This document shows positions 39,017 through 49,542 of a DNA stretch of 64,000 nt, piece by piece (position 1 is the first letter of the stretch; each line of letters starts with the position of its first letter). The stretch comes from an uncultured candidate division Zixibacteria bacterium (lineage in GTDB: Bacteria; Zixibacteria; MSB-5A5; GN15; FEB-12): contig OY760907.1 of NCBI GenBank assembly GCA_963664195.1, positions 1,376,001 through 1,440,000 on the forward strand, in the 5' to 3' direction. Below the pieces are notes generated by a model. That model had not been told where the DNA came from and made no database searches. It saw only the letters and a list, made by a program, of their open reading frames with translations. Position numbers and translations under genes: made by a program.

Positions 39017-42000
39017 GTGACAAGAGTATCAATGAAGTATTTATTCCTTGGCGTCGCGCTGGCTCTTCTCCTTGCAGGGGTTGCAAGTGCCCAGACAGCA
39101 CCACCGGTATTGGGTTCCATCGGCGCCCAGTCTGTAAATGAAAACGAGTTGCTTACTGTCAACGTTTCGGCGACCGATGTCGACGGCACAATCGCCGCGT
39201 TGACGACCTCGACTCTTCCGACCGGCGCCGTATTCAACGATGCCGGCGACAACTCCGGCACGCTCACCTGGACGCCCGACTTCTCGCAGGCGGGGACGTT
39301 CAACGTGACGTTTTATGCTGCGGACACGGTGACGACCGATGTCGACTCTGAAGTAGTTGCAATCACCGTGACCAATGTCAATCAGGAACCGGTGCTCGCC
39401 GTGATAGGCGCTCAGAGTGTCAACGAGAATGAACTGCTCACGATCAACGTCTCAGCTTCAGATGCTGATGGCACGACGCCGAGCTTTTCGACTTCTACAC
39501 TTCCGACCGGTGCAGGCTTTGTAGATAATTCGGACGGTACCGGTGCTCTGACCTGGACGCCTGACTTCATTCAGGCTGGCGGTTACAGTGTCACGTTCTA
39601 TACAACCGATGGCACAGCGACAGACTCTGAAGTCGTCGCGATCACCGTGACGAACGTCAATCAGGAACCGGTGCTCGCCGTGATAGGCGCTCAGAGTGTC
39701 AACGAGAACGAACTGCTGACGATCAACGTCTCAGCTTCAGATGCTGATGGCACGACGCCGAGCTTTTCGACCTCTACACTTCCGACCGGTGCAGGCTTTG
39801 TAGATAATTCGGACGGTACCGGCGCTCTGACCTGGACGCCTGACTTCACTCAGGCTGGCGGTTACAGTGTCACGTTCTATACAACCGATGGCACAGCGAC
39901 AGACTCTGAAGTCGTCGCGATCACCGTGACCAATGTCAATCAGGAGCCAGTGCTCGCCGTGATAGGCGCTCAGAGTGTCAACGAGAACGAACTGCTGACG
40001 ATCAACGTCTCGGCTTCAGATGCTGATGGCACGACGCCGAGCTTTTCGACCTCTACGCTTCCGACCGGTGCAGGCTTTGTAGATAATTCGGACGGTACCG
40101 GCGCTCTGACCTGGACGCCTGACTTCACTCAGGCTGGCGGTTACAGTGTCACGTTCTATACAACCGATGGCACAGCGACAGATTCTGAAGTCGTTGCAAT
40201 CACCGTGACCAATGTCAATCAGGAACCAGTGCTCGCCGTGATAGGTGCGCAGAGTGTCAACGAGAATGAACTGCTCACTATAAATGTAAGTGCTTCAGAT
40301 GCTGATGGCACGACGCCGAGCTTTTCGACCTCTACACTTCCGACCGGTGCAGGCTTTGTAGATAATTCGGACGGTACCGGCGCTCTGACCTGGACGCCTG
40401 ACTTCACTCAGGCTGGCGGTTACAGTGTCACGTTCTATACAACCGATGGCACAGCGACAGACTCTGAAGTAGTTGCAATCACCGTGACCAACGTCAATCA
40501 GGAACCGGTGCTCGCCGTGATAGGTGCGCAGAGTGTCAACGAGAATGAACTGCTCACTATAAATGTAAGTGCTTCAGATGCTGATGGCACGACGCCGAGC
40601 TTTTCGACCTCTACACTTCCGACCGGTGCAGGCTTTGTAGATAATTCGGACGGTACCGGCGCTCTGACCTGGACGCCGGACTTCACGCAAGCTGGCGGTT
40701 ACAGTGTCACGTTCTATACAACCGATGGCACAGCGACAGACTCTGAAGTCGTCGCGATCACCGTTACCAACGTCAATCAGGAACCAGTGCTCGCCGTGAT
40801 AGGCGCTCAGAGTGTCAACGAGAATGAACTGCTCACTATAAATGTAAGTGCTTCAGATGCTGATGGCACGACGCCGAGCTTTTCGACCTCTACACTTCCG
40901 ACCGGTGCAGGCTTTGTAGATAATTCGGACGGTACCGGTGCTCTGACCTGGACACCGGACTTCACGCAAGCTGGCGGTTACAGTGTCACGTTCTATACAA
41001 CCGATGGCACAGCGACAGACTCTGAAGTCGTTGCAATCACCGTGACCAATGTCAATCAGGAACCAGTGCTCGCCGTGATAGGTGTGCAGTCCGTTACGGA
41101 GGGCGACGCCCTCAATCTTGTCATCGCTGCATCCGATGCCGATGGCAACATTCCTACGATTACCAGTTCGGCTCTGCCGACCAACGCCACCTTCTTGGAT
41201 AACGGTGACGGTACCGCCGACTTTGATTTCAACCCGACCTTCTTGCAGTCGGGCGGTTACAGCGTCACCTTCTATACGACAGACGGAGTTGCGACAGACT
41301 CTGAAGTTGTTGCGATCACGGTTGTCGAAGCCGGTAACCAGGATCCCGTTCTTGCTTCGATAGGCGCCCAGGGTGTAAACGAGGGCAACACGCTTGCGTT
41401 CACCGTTTCCGCTACGGACATCGAAGGCGCGCTGCCGTCGCTGAGTACCTCGGTGCTTCCGACCAATGCGTCGTTTGTTGATAACGGCGACGGAACCGGT
41501 GACTTCAGTTTCACGCCCGCCTTCCAGCAGTCGGGAGCTTATCAGGTGACGTTCACCGCGACCGATGATTCCTCGGCGAGCACGTCGGAAATCGTGACGA
41601 TTACGGTGAACGACGCCGGCAATCAGGCGCCAGTGCTTGGTGCAATCGGTGCCCGTACGGTCGCCGAAGGTGCCGCGCTGAACTTTGGCGTGGCCGCAAC
41701 CGACCCTGACGGTACAACTCCGACTCTTTCGACCTCGGCTCTGCCGACCAATGCGACGTTTGTCGACAACGGCAACGGATTCGGCAGCTTCTCTTTCACA
41801 CCGGACTATACGCAGGAAGGCGCGCATAACGTCACCTTCTATGCAACCGATGGCTCCGCGAGCGACTCTGAAGTAGTCGTCATCACGGTCACGGACGCCG
41901 GCAATCAGCCGCCGGTTTTGGCTGAGATCGGCCCGCAGGTGGTTACTGAAGGTGGCAATCTGAATCTCGTCATCACGGCAACCGACGCCGATGCAACGAC

Positions 42001-44734
42001 GCCGACTTTCACGACTTCCGCTCTCCCGACGAATGCGACGTTTGTCGACAACGGCGACGGTTCCGGGACGTTTGATTTCAATCCGGACTTTGTGCAGGCG
42101 GGCATTTTGAGCGTGACGTTCCGTGCTACTGACGGCGCAGTGGTTGACTCCGAGGTTGTGTTCATCACTATCAATGATGCCGGCAACCAGGACCCGACCC
42201 TGGCCGCAATCGGTGCGCAGTCGGTTACCGAGGGCAACACGCTTGTCTTCGCGACCTCCGCAAGCGATCCCGAAGGAGCCGCTCCGGCACTAAGCACCTC
42301 GGCTCTGCCGACCAACGCAACGTACGTTGACAACGGCGACGGTACGGGTGACTTCAGCTTTACGCCTGATTTCACGCAGGCGAACAGTTACGACATTACA
42401 TTCTCCGCCACGGATGATTCCGGCGCGGTTGTTTCAGAAATGGTTACAGTCACGGTCAACGAGGCCGGCAACCAGGATCCTGTTCTGGCGGCAATCGGTG
42501 CACAGGGAGTAGACGAAAACGTCACGCTCGCGTTCACGATCACCTCGACTGACCCTGATGCTACGTTCCCGGCCCTGACGACCTCGGCGCTGCCGACGAA
42601 CGCGTCGTTTGTCGACAACGGCGATGGCACGGGTGATTTCAGTTTCACGCCGGACTTTTTCCAGGCCGGGACGCATAGTGTGACTTTCGTAGCGTCGGAT
42701 GGCACGGTCAGCGACTCTGAAGTGGTAGAGATCACGGTGAACAACATCAACCGCGATCCTGAGTTGGCCGCGATTGGTGCACAGGTCGTTGATGAAAACG
42801 GATCGCTCGCCTTCACGGTGACGGCCAGCGACCTTGATCTCACCGCCCTGACGCTCAGCACCTCGGTGCTACCGACCAATGCCACGTTTGTCGATAACGG
42901 TGACGGTACGGCTGACTTCGCTTTCAATCCAGACTACTATCAGGCTGGCACTTATGACGTCACCTTCTACGTATCGGATGGCGAAGCCTCAGATTCTGAA
43001 CTGGTCGTGATTACGGTGAATCCCGTCAATCAGCTTCCGATCCTTGATCCGATCGGGGCGCAGTTTGCAGACGAGGGTGGCAACTTGAACCTCTTGATTA
43101 CTGCAAGCGATGCCGACGGTACTCCGCTGACTCTTACGACCTCAGCGCTTCCGCCGAATGCGACTTTTGTCGATAACGGCGATGGTACTGCCGATTTCGA
43201 TTTCAATCCTGATTACACGCAGGCTGATATTATTAGCTTGACCTTTTACGTCAGCGATGGTGTCGCGTCCGATTCCGAACTAGTGTTTATTACGATCAAC
43301 GAAGCCGGAAACCAGATTCCTGTTCTTTCTCCGATAGGCCCCCGCTCGACTTCTGAATCAGTCAACCTGAACTTCGCAATCAGCGCTACTGACGCTGACG
43401 GCACCTCGCCGACGTTAACCGCTGAGAATCTCCCGACCGGTGCAAACTTCACCGACAACGGTTCCGGCAACGGCACGTTTGACTGGACGCCGACTTTCGA
43501 TCAGGAAGGTGCCTACGACGTCACGTTCATTGCCTCCGACGGTGCGGCCGCCGACTCCGAGTTGGTGACTATCACGGTTGGTGGTGCGAACCAGACGCCG
43601 ATAGCGGACGCTGGGATGGATCAGGCCAATGTACCTGCCGGTATTCTGGTCACGCTCGACGGTTCCGGTTCGTACGATCCTGACGGTGGCGCTCCTACGG
43701 GATATGCCTGGTTGCAGGTAGGCGGCACGACGGTCACGCTTTCGAGCGACACCGATGTCATGCCGACCTTTACGCCGACCGTTGTTGACGTGTACGTCTT
43801 CGAGTTGACAGTCAACGACGGCGTCGCAACCTCGACTCCGGACACGGTCAGCGTTTCGGTGATAACCGGTGCGCCGCCCGCGGCCATCACGGATCTGGGC
43901 ATTCAGATTGTCGGCGACGACATTCAGCTTAGCTGGAGTGCTGTGACGCTTGATACGACTGGCACGGCCACGACGCTTGATCGCTATGTGGTCTATCGCG
44001 GCACCACGGCCTTCTTCACGCCGACTTCGGTTGACTCGATCGGGTTCGCCGATCCAGGGACTCTAACCTTCACTGACAACAACCTCGGCGCTGCCGATGT
44101 CGTCGGTGACGTAAACGAGAACTACTTCTATGTGGTCGCGGCGGTTGACTTCATGGACAATCCCGGAGCGATCTCCAACCGCGTGGGTGAATTCGACTAT
44201 CAACTCGTGACGACTGCTACCAGCGACTATAATCTGGTTGGCATTCCGTTTGCGAATACCGGTATCACCGATGCCGACGGCCTTATTGCCGCTATCGGGG
44301 CGAGCAACGTGCTCACGGTGAACAACTATATAGCCGCCTCGCAGAGTTTTGAATCCCGCTTCGCGGCCGGATTCGGAACCAACTTTGCTGTTACCACTGG
44401 TGGTGTGTACCAGGTGAACGCGGCTGCCGGGGCAGTCTTCTCAGTGGCAGGCAGTGTGCCGGATGCGGGCACGGTCAGCTACGGAGTCATCACGACTGCC
44501 ACTACAAGCTTCTGTTACCTGATGATACCCTTTGATCGTGAGGGTGACTTCGCAGTCGCCCAGGACGTGATTGACAATATCCCGGGTGTGCTGAACACCC
44601 TGAACAATTTCATAGCCGGATCGCAGAACTACGAATCGCGGTTCTCGGCCGGTTTTGGCGTCAACTTCACCGTGAGGGCCGGCATGCCGTATCAGGGCAA
44701 TGTCGCCGCTGCGGGTACGTTCCCGGCGCCCTAA
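39017..44734 (+). CDS. Giant secreted tandem Ig/cadherin-like repeat protein (16 repeats + PKD-like + FN3-like + duplicated C-terminal domain)
   Basis: Signal peptide; about 93-95-aa units NQxP..E...D.DG...LP.NATFVDNGDGTG.F.FTP...QAG; no CTD or dockerin. Confidence 0.9.
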   Translation: MTRVSMKYLFLGVALALLLAGVASAQTAPPVLGSIGAQSVNENELLTVNVSATDVDGTIAALTTSTLPTGAVFNDAGDNSGTLTWTPDFSQAGTFNVTFYAADTVTTDVDSEVVAITVTNVNQEPVLAVIGAQSVNENELLTINVSASDADGTTPSFSTSTLPTGAGFVDNSDGTGALTWTPDFIQAGGYSVTFYTTDGTATDSEVVAITVTNVNQEPVLAVIGAQSVNENELLTINVSASDADGTTPSFSTSTLPTGAGFVDNSDGTGALTWTPDFTQAGGYSVTFYTTDGTATDSEVVAITVTNVNQEPVLAVIGAQSVNENELLTINVSASDADGTTPSFSTSTLPTGAGFVDNSDGTGALTWTPDFTQAGGYSVTFYTTDGTATDSEVVAITVTNVNQEPVLAVIGAQSVNENELLTINVSASDADGTTPSFSTSTLPTGAGFVDNSDGTGALTWTPDFTQAGGYSVTFYTTDGTATDSEVVAITVTNVNQEPVLAVIGAQSVNENELLTINVSASDADGTTPSFSTSTLPTGAGFVDNSDGTGALTWTPDFTQAGGYSVTFYTTDGTATDSEVVAITVTNVNQEPVLAVIGAQSVNENELLTINVSASDADGTTPSFSTSTLPTGAGFVDNSDGTGALTWTPDFTQAGGYSVTFYTTDGTATDSEVVAITVTNVNQEPVLAVIGVQSVTEGDALNLVIAASDADGNIPTITSSALPTNATFLDNGDGTADFDFNPTFLQSGGYSVTFYTTDGVATDSEVVAITVVEAGNQDPVLASIGAQGVNEGNTLAFTVSATDIEGALPSLSTSVLPTNASFVDNGDGTGDFSFTPAFQQSGAYQVTFTATDDSSASTSEIVTITVNDAGNQAPVLGAIGARTVAEGAALNFGVAATDPDGTTPTLSTSALPTNATFVDNGNGFGSFSFTPDYTQEGAHNVTFYATDGSASDSEVVVITVTDAGNQPPVLAEIGPQVVTEGGNLNLVITATDADATTPTFTTSALPTNATFVDNGDGSGTFDFNPDFVQAGILSVTFRATDGAVVDSEVVFITINDAGNQDPTLAAIGAQSVTEGNTLVFATSASDPEGAAPALSTSALPTNATYVDNGDGTGDFSFTPDFTQANSYDITFSATDDSGAVVSEMVTVTVNEAGNQDPVLAAIGAQGVDENVTLAFTITSTDPDATFPALTTSALPTNASFVDNGDGTGDFSFTPDFFQAGTHSVTFVASDGTVSDSEVVEITVNNINRDPELAAIGAQVVDENGSLAFTVTASDLDLTALTLSTSVLPTNATFVDNGDGTADFAFNPDYYQAGTYDVTFYVSDGEASDSELVVITVNPVNQLPILDPIGAQFADEGGNLNLLITASDADGTPLTLTTSALPPNATFVDNGDGTADFDFNPDYTQADIISLTFYVSDGVASDSELVFITINEAGNQIPVLSPIGPRSTSESVNLNFAISATDADGTSPTLTAENLPTGANFTDNGSGNGTFDWTPTFDQEGAYDVTFIASDGAAADSELVTITVGGANQTPIADAGMDQANVPAGILVTLDGSGSYDPDGGAPTGYAWLQVGGTTVTLSSDTDVMPTFTPTVVDVYVFELTVNDGVATSTPDTVSVSVITGAPPAAITDLGIQIVGDDIQLSWSAVTLDTTGTATTLDRYVVYRGTTAFFTPTSVDSIGFADPGTLTFTDNNLGAADVVGDVNENYFYVVAAVDFMDNPGAISNRVGEFDYQLVTTATSDYNLVGIPFANTGITDADGLIAAIGASNVLTVNNYIAASQSFESRFAAGFGTNFAVTTGGVYQVNAAAGAVFSVAGSVPDAGTVSYGVITTATTSFCYLMIPFDREGDFAVAQDVIDNIPGVLNTLNNFIAGSQNYESRFSAGFGVNFTVRAGMPYQGNVAAAGTFPAP
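39383..41056 (+). repeat. Six near-identical 279-bp intragenic tandem repeats
   Basis: CAGGAa/gCC recurs at 39383, 39662, 39941, 40220, 40499, 40778 and 41057 (exact 279-nt period). Confidence 0.97.
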
Positions 44735-44794
44735 GGGGAGAGGCAGTAGATGTTACGGAAAGAATGTGAGTTTAATATATACGGAGGTACCGCA

Positions 44795-47700
44795 GTGCGG
44801 CTTTCTACGAGTAAACTCAGGAAGATATGTTTACCTGGATTGATAATGCTGCTCGTGCTGATGCTGTCGTCCTCTGCCTTTGCGCAGGGTTCGATCTACG
44901 GCACGGTAACCAATTCGGATGTGAGCACTCCGGCTAACGGAGAGATCGCTTTTGTTGGTTTCCTTGATGATGCCGATGAGGAGATCCGAATAGAAACGTC
45001 CGATGGCGCCGGTTATGATGCCGGTCACTGGTTCGATGATTTTCAGAATTATCTGACCGAAGCGGCTGGCAATCCTTACGACTACCATATCTATAACACG
45101 GCCAACGGTGAAGGCTTCGTGCTATCGGGCACAATCCCGAGCAATTCCTTCCAGGAAGAGAATGTCGTGCTGGCAGCGGTGGCCTGGCCCGCCGTTCCCA
45201 CCGGATTATCCGGCACGGCGATCTCCGGCTCGACTGTAGTGTTGAGCTGGGATGCAGCTGGTGTTCCGGTCCATGTCTACCGTCGCCTGGCAAGTTCCAA
45301 CGGTTCGTTTTTCCGCATAGACGATCCGGCCGGTTCGCTGGCCAATTTCGGTGTTGTGGAAAACTTCTTCGTCGATGCGACCGTAGACGGCTCCTCGACC
45401 TATGAGTACTTGCTGATAGCCGATGACGGCTCTGGCATCCTGTCACCACATTCGGCTGCTGTTGCTGTCAGTTCGATTGGAGTCAGTGCGCCTATTCTGG
45501 CCACTTTCGACCCGGACAACGGCACTGCTACCGGCGGTACGGTGATTGACGTTCAGGGTTCCGGATTCGATCCCGCCGGCGCGCAGGTTATGTTCGGTGC
45601 AACGCCGGTTGACGCCGTAGTGGTTTCTCCGTTCCAGTTGACGGTAACTTCGCCGGCCGGCACGGTTGGTGCCTCGGTTGACATTTCAGTTGTCAATACA
45701 GCCTCGGCCCTGACCTCGAATGTTCTGACTGGTGGCTTCACCTACGCTGCGAATGCAGCTCCAGAACTGGCCGCGATTGGTGCGCAGTCGACGACCGAAA
45801 ACGTCCTGCTCGAATTCGCTACCTCAGCCTCTGATATTGACGGCGGCACTCCGGTATTAACAAGCACTGCGCTTCCCGGAACGGCCACCTACGTTGATAA
45901 CGGCGACGGTACGGGTAACTTCAGTTGGACGCCGTTGTTCACCGATGCCGGTGTTTACGACGTGACGTTCTATGCGACCGATGATATTGACGGGCTTTTG
46001 GTTGACTCGGAAGTCGTCCAGATCACCGTCATTGAAGCCGGCAACCAGCCTCCGGTTCTGGCTCTCATAAATGATACTACCGTGGCTGAAGGAGGCTCGC
46101 TGGCCCTGACGATCAGCGTGTCCGATCTCGACGGCGAGATTCCGGGACTTTCGGCTGACGGTCTTCCGACAAACGCGACCTTTGTCGACAACGGCGACGG
46201 CACGGGTGCTTTCGCTTTTGACCCGGCTCTTGATCAGGCCGGTGTGTACCCGGTTACGTTTATAGCGGTTGACGCGTCATTTGATGCCGACTCGATTACC
46301 GTACAGATCACGGTTACCGATGAGAACCAGCTTCCGGTCTTGGCCGCGATTGGCGCACAGACCGGCGATGAAAACATACTCTTGAGCTTTGGTGTATCCG
46401 CGAGCGATGGCGACGGCACTACGCCTGCTCTAACTACTTCCGCGCTTCCGGGTACGGCGGTGTTTACAGACAACGGCGACGGTACCGGTTCGTTTGACTG
46501 GACTCCGACCTTTGCAGATAGCGGATCATATTCGGTTACGTTTTATGCGACTGACGCTGTGTATTCGGCCGCTATCGACTCAGAGATTGTTGTCATTACG
46601 ATCAACGACGCCGGTAACCAGGCGCCGGTGATAGCCGAGATCACGACTCCTCAGGCTGTTGCCGAGGGCGGCAACCTGAACTTTGTTGTCACAGCCACCG
46701 ATGTTGATGCGACCATCCCGGTTCTGACCGCTGAAGGTCTGCCGACCAACGCGACGTTTGTCGACAACACCGACGGCACCGGAACATTCGACTTCAATCC
46801 GGACTTCAACCAGGCCGGCGCTTACAGCGTGACGTTCATTGCTGATGACGGCACCGCGGCTGATTCTCAGGTCGTTGAGATCAACGTCACCGATGGCGGC
46901 AATGTCCCGCCGGCGATAGACTCGCTCGGCGACTTCGCGGTTGACGAAGGTGCTTCGCTGAACCTGACGATCAACGCTTCCGATCCTGACGGTGGCGGCG
47001 CGTTCCCTCTGCTTTCGGTGAACACTTCACTTGCCAACTACACCTTCACTGATAACGGTGACGGAACGGGCACGCTTGCTTACACGCCGGACTTCTACGA
47101 CGCCGGCGTTGACACGGTGGTGTTTTTTGCTACCGATGGCGGCACGCCGCAGCAGACGGTGAGCAGCAGTTCGGTCATTACCACGACAGATATAAACCAG
47201 CAGCCAGTGTTTGTAGCGGCCGGTCCGTATTCGGCAGTTGTCGGTGAGCTTCTCGAGTTCACCGTTACCGCTACCGACTCGACTGATCCGAATACAGAAC
47301 ACAGATTGTACCTCTCGGTTGTTGGTCTTCCGACCAACGCGACCTTCACCGACAACGGTGACGGCACCGGGACGTTCGGTTTCACGCCGGATGTCACTCA
47401 GGTAGGTACGATACCTGTCTCGTTCCTGGCCGCTGATCAGGGCGTGCCGCAGGCATCTGCAACCATGGGCGTTGATATTGATGTCGTGGCTGAGAATATT
47501 GCCCCGGTTATCGACCCGATCGATCCGCAAATCGTTGCCGAGGGCGTAAGCATGGCACTTGATGTTTCCGCCTCTGATGCTGATGGTACTATTCCCGCGT
47601 TGAGCATCAGTGATGAACCTGACGGTGCTACGTTTGTCGACAACGGCGACGGCACTGGCGTATTCAGCTACACACCGATCTATGTGGGCGGGACGCGAAT

Positions 47701-49483
47701 CGAAGGATTTGTGTTGAGAGCATCTGACGGCATAACGATTGTCAGACGAAACGTCCTGATCCAGATCACTGACGCCGGCAACCAGGCACCGGTCTTTGCC
47801 GCCCTTCCGGCGCCCATCCCGCCGGTTACGGAAGGCACATCAACAGAACTGCTGGTCGAAGCTTCAGATCCTGACGGTGGGTCGATTATCCTCGCTCTCG
47901 ATGAAGCTACGGCGCCGGCCAATGTGACCTTTGTCGATTCCGCCAACGGTATCGGTTTGATTACTTTCAGCCCGGATTTCACGCAGGCAGGTACGGTAGA
48001 TGTTAGCGTCATTGCTTATGACGGACCTATCGACGATGAGAATACGCTGAGTACAATACAGATTGCTTCGTTTACAGTCGAAGAGGCCGGCAACCAGGAT
48101 CCTGTTCTGGCGGCCATTGGTGCGCGGTCCGTGTCTGAAAACGGCACTCTGGCGTTCAGCGTTTCGGCGACTGACCCCGATGGCACCAGCCCGACCCTGA
48201 CGACTTCGGCGCTGCCGGCGAACGCTACGTTTACTGATAACGCCGACGGAACGGGTAGTTTCAGCTTCACCCCCGACCTGACTCAGGCTGGCATGTACGA
48301 CATTACTTTTACTGCCGACGACGGTGTCGTTCAGGTGAGTGAATTGGTGACCATTACGGTGACCGATGTCAATCAGCTTCCGTTCGTGTTCACTTCCGGC
48401 GGACGGACGGTAAACGAAGGCGAGTCGCTGGTATACGAGGTTACGTCGTTTGATGCCGATGGTACGACGCCCTATCTATCGGCAGTTATCGTGACTACTG
48501 AAGCGCTGGCTGACAACATGAGTTTTGCGGACAACCGCGACGGTACCGGTACACTGACGTTCACCCCCGACTACACGCAGGGTGGGCCAGCCAGCAACCC
48601 TCGCGTTTACTCGGTCGTTTTCACCGCCACGGACGAGGATTACGCGAGCGTTTCGCAAACATCCGAGACGGTGGCTTTGGAAGTGGTCGATGTCAACCAG
48701 CCGCCGATCCTGTTCTTCGCTTCCGGTGAGGGACCCTTTAGTCTCAATGAAGGCGAGACGCTGGCCTTCCAGGTAGCAGCCACCGACCCGGACGGCAGCC
48801 TGCCGCCGAGTCTGACTGCGCTCAATCTACCTGACAGCAATGTCTCGTTCAACGTCAGTGCAGGCACCGGTGATTTCCAGTTCAATCCGGACTTCACACA
48901 GGCCGGGAACTACAGTGTCAGTTTCATTGCGGTTGATCAGCATGCTGCCGCCGACACGCAAATTGTAGATATCGAAGTCCTTGACGCCGGTAACCAGCCT
49001 CCGGGATTTGACAATGAGATGCTCGATACGTTGCACGTTCCAGTGGGCAAAGAGTTCGAGATTGCTGTCAGCCTGACCGATCCGGATCAGGATTCGGTGG
49101 TCATCGAGGCTTTCCCGATACTTCCGGGAGCCACCTGGCAGGACAACGGTAACGGCACGGGTGTTTACACGTTCCGCGCCGAGTCCGAATATCTGGATTC
49201 TGTTTTGCAGGTGACTTTTGTGGCGACCGACTATCCGTCTATGGCTAGCGCTACGATGGTGACGCATTCGGTGGTGGTGTCCTACCTCCGCGGCGACCTG
49301 GACAACAGTGCCGATTACACCATTAATGACGTTGCATTCCTGATCGGTTACTTGTTCAGGAACGGTCCGGCTCCGGAGATTCCGGATGCGGCCGATGTCG
49401 ATGGCGATGGTATGGTGAATGTTGGCGACGTATCATATTTGATCTACTACATGTGGTACTACGGACCGCAGCCGCCGCGTTAA
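44795..49483 (+). CDS. Large secreted protein: FN3-like, IPT/TIG, 12 Ig/cadherin-like repeats, C-terminal dockerin
   Basis: GGAGG RBS before GTG 44795; GGTVIDVQGSGF (IPT); RGDLDNS..TIND...ADVDGDG.VNVGD dockerin. Confidence 0.88.
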   Translation: MRLSTSKLRKICLPGLIMLLVLMLSSSAFAQGSIYGTVTNSDVSTPANGEIAFVGFLDDADEEIRIETSDGAGYDAGHWFDDFQNYLTEAAGNPYDYHIYNTANGEGFVLSGTIPSNSFQEENVVLAAVAWPAVPTGLSGTAISGSTVVLSWDAAGVPVHVYRRLASSNGSFFRIDDPAGSLANFGVVENFFVDATVDGSSTYEYLLIADDGSGILSPHSAAVAVSSIGVSAPILATFDPDNGTATGGTVIDVQGSGFDPAGAQVMFGATPVDAVVVSPFQLTVTSPAGTVGASVDISVVNTASALTSNVLTGGFTYAANAAPELAAIGAQSTTENVLLEFATSASDIDGGTPVLTSTALPGTATYVDNGDGTGNFSWTPLFTDAGVYDVTFYATDDIDGLLVDSEVVQITVIEAGNQPPVLALINDTTVAEGGSLALTISVSDLDGEIPGLSADGLPTNATFVDNGDGTGAFAFDPALDQAGVYPVTFIAVDASFDADSITVQITVTDENQLPVLAAIGAQTGDENILLSFGVSASDGDGTTPALTTSALPGTAVFTDNGDGTGSFDWTPTFADSGSYSVTFYATDAVYSAAIDSEIVVITINDAGNQAPVIAEITTPQAVAEGGNLNFVVTATDVDATIPVLTAEGLPTNATFVDNTDGTGTFDFNPDFNQAGAYSVTFIADDGTAADSQVVEINVTDGGNVPPAIDSLGDFAVDEGASLNLTINASDPDGGGAFPLLSVNTSLANYTFTDNGDGTGTLAYTPDFYDAGVDTVVFFATDGGTPQQTVSSSSVITTTDINQQPVFVAAGPYSAVVGELLEFTVTATDSTDPNTEHRLYLSVVGLPTNATFTDNGDGTGTFGFTPDVTQVGTIPVSFLAADQGVPQASATMGVDIDVVAENIAPVIDPIDPQIVAEGVSMALDVSASDADGTIPALSISDEPDGATFVDNGDGTGVFSYTPIYVGGTRIEGFVLRASDGITIVRRNVLIQITDAGNQAPVFAALPAPIPPVTEGTSTELLVEASDPDGGSIILALDEATAPANVTFVDSANGIGLITFSPDFTQAGTVDVSVIAYDGPIDDENTLSTIQIASFTVEEAGNQDPVLAAIGARSVSENGTLAFSVSATDPDGTSPTLTTSALPANATFTDNADGTGSFSFTPDLTQAGMYDITFTADDGVVQVSELVTITVTDVNQLPFVFTSGGRTVNEGESLVYEVTSFDADGTTPYLSAVIVTTEALADNMSFADNRDGTGTLTFTPDYTQGGPASNPRVYSVVFTATDEDYASVSQTSETVALEVVDVNQPPILFFASGEGPFSLNEGETLAFQVAATDPDGSLPPSLTALNLPDSNVSFNVSAGTGDFQFNPDFTQAGNYSVSFIAVDQHAAADTQIVDIEVLDAGNQPPGFDNEMLDTLHVPVGKEFEIAVSLTDPDQDSVVIEAFPILPGATWQDNGNGTGVYTFRAESEYLDSVLQVTFVATDYPSMASATMVTHSVVVSYLRGDLDNSADYTINDVAFLIGYLFRNGPAPEIPDAADVDGDGMVNVGDVSYLIYYMWYYGPQPPR

Positions 49484-49507
49484 TGATTGGCTAACAGGCA
49501 ATTACTG

Positions 49508-49542
49508 GAAAGGCCGTCCCGGATTGGGGGCGGCCTTTTCTT
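49508..49542 (+). terminator. Rho-independent terminator
   Basis: AAAGGCCGTCCC-loop-GGGGCGGCCTTTTCTT. Confidence 0.8.

Noticed and set aside
39383..41056. Tandem repeats as a CRISPR array
   Set aside because: 279-bp in-frame coding units with no spacers, and no cas genes in the window
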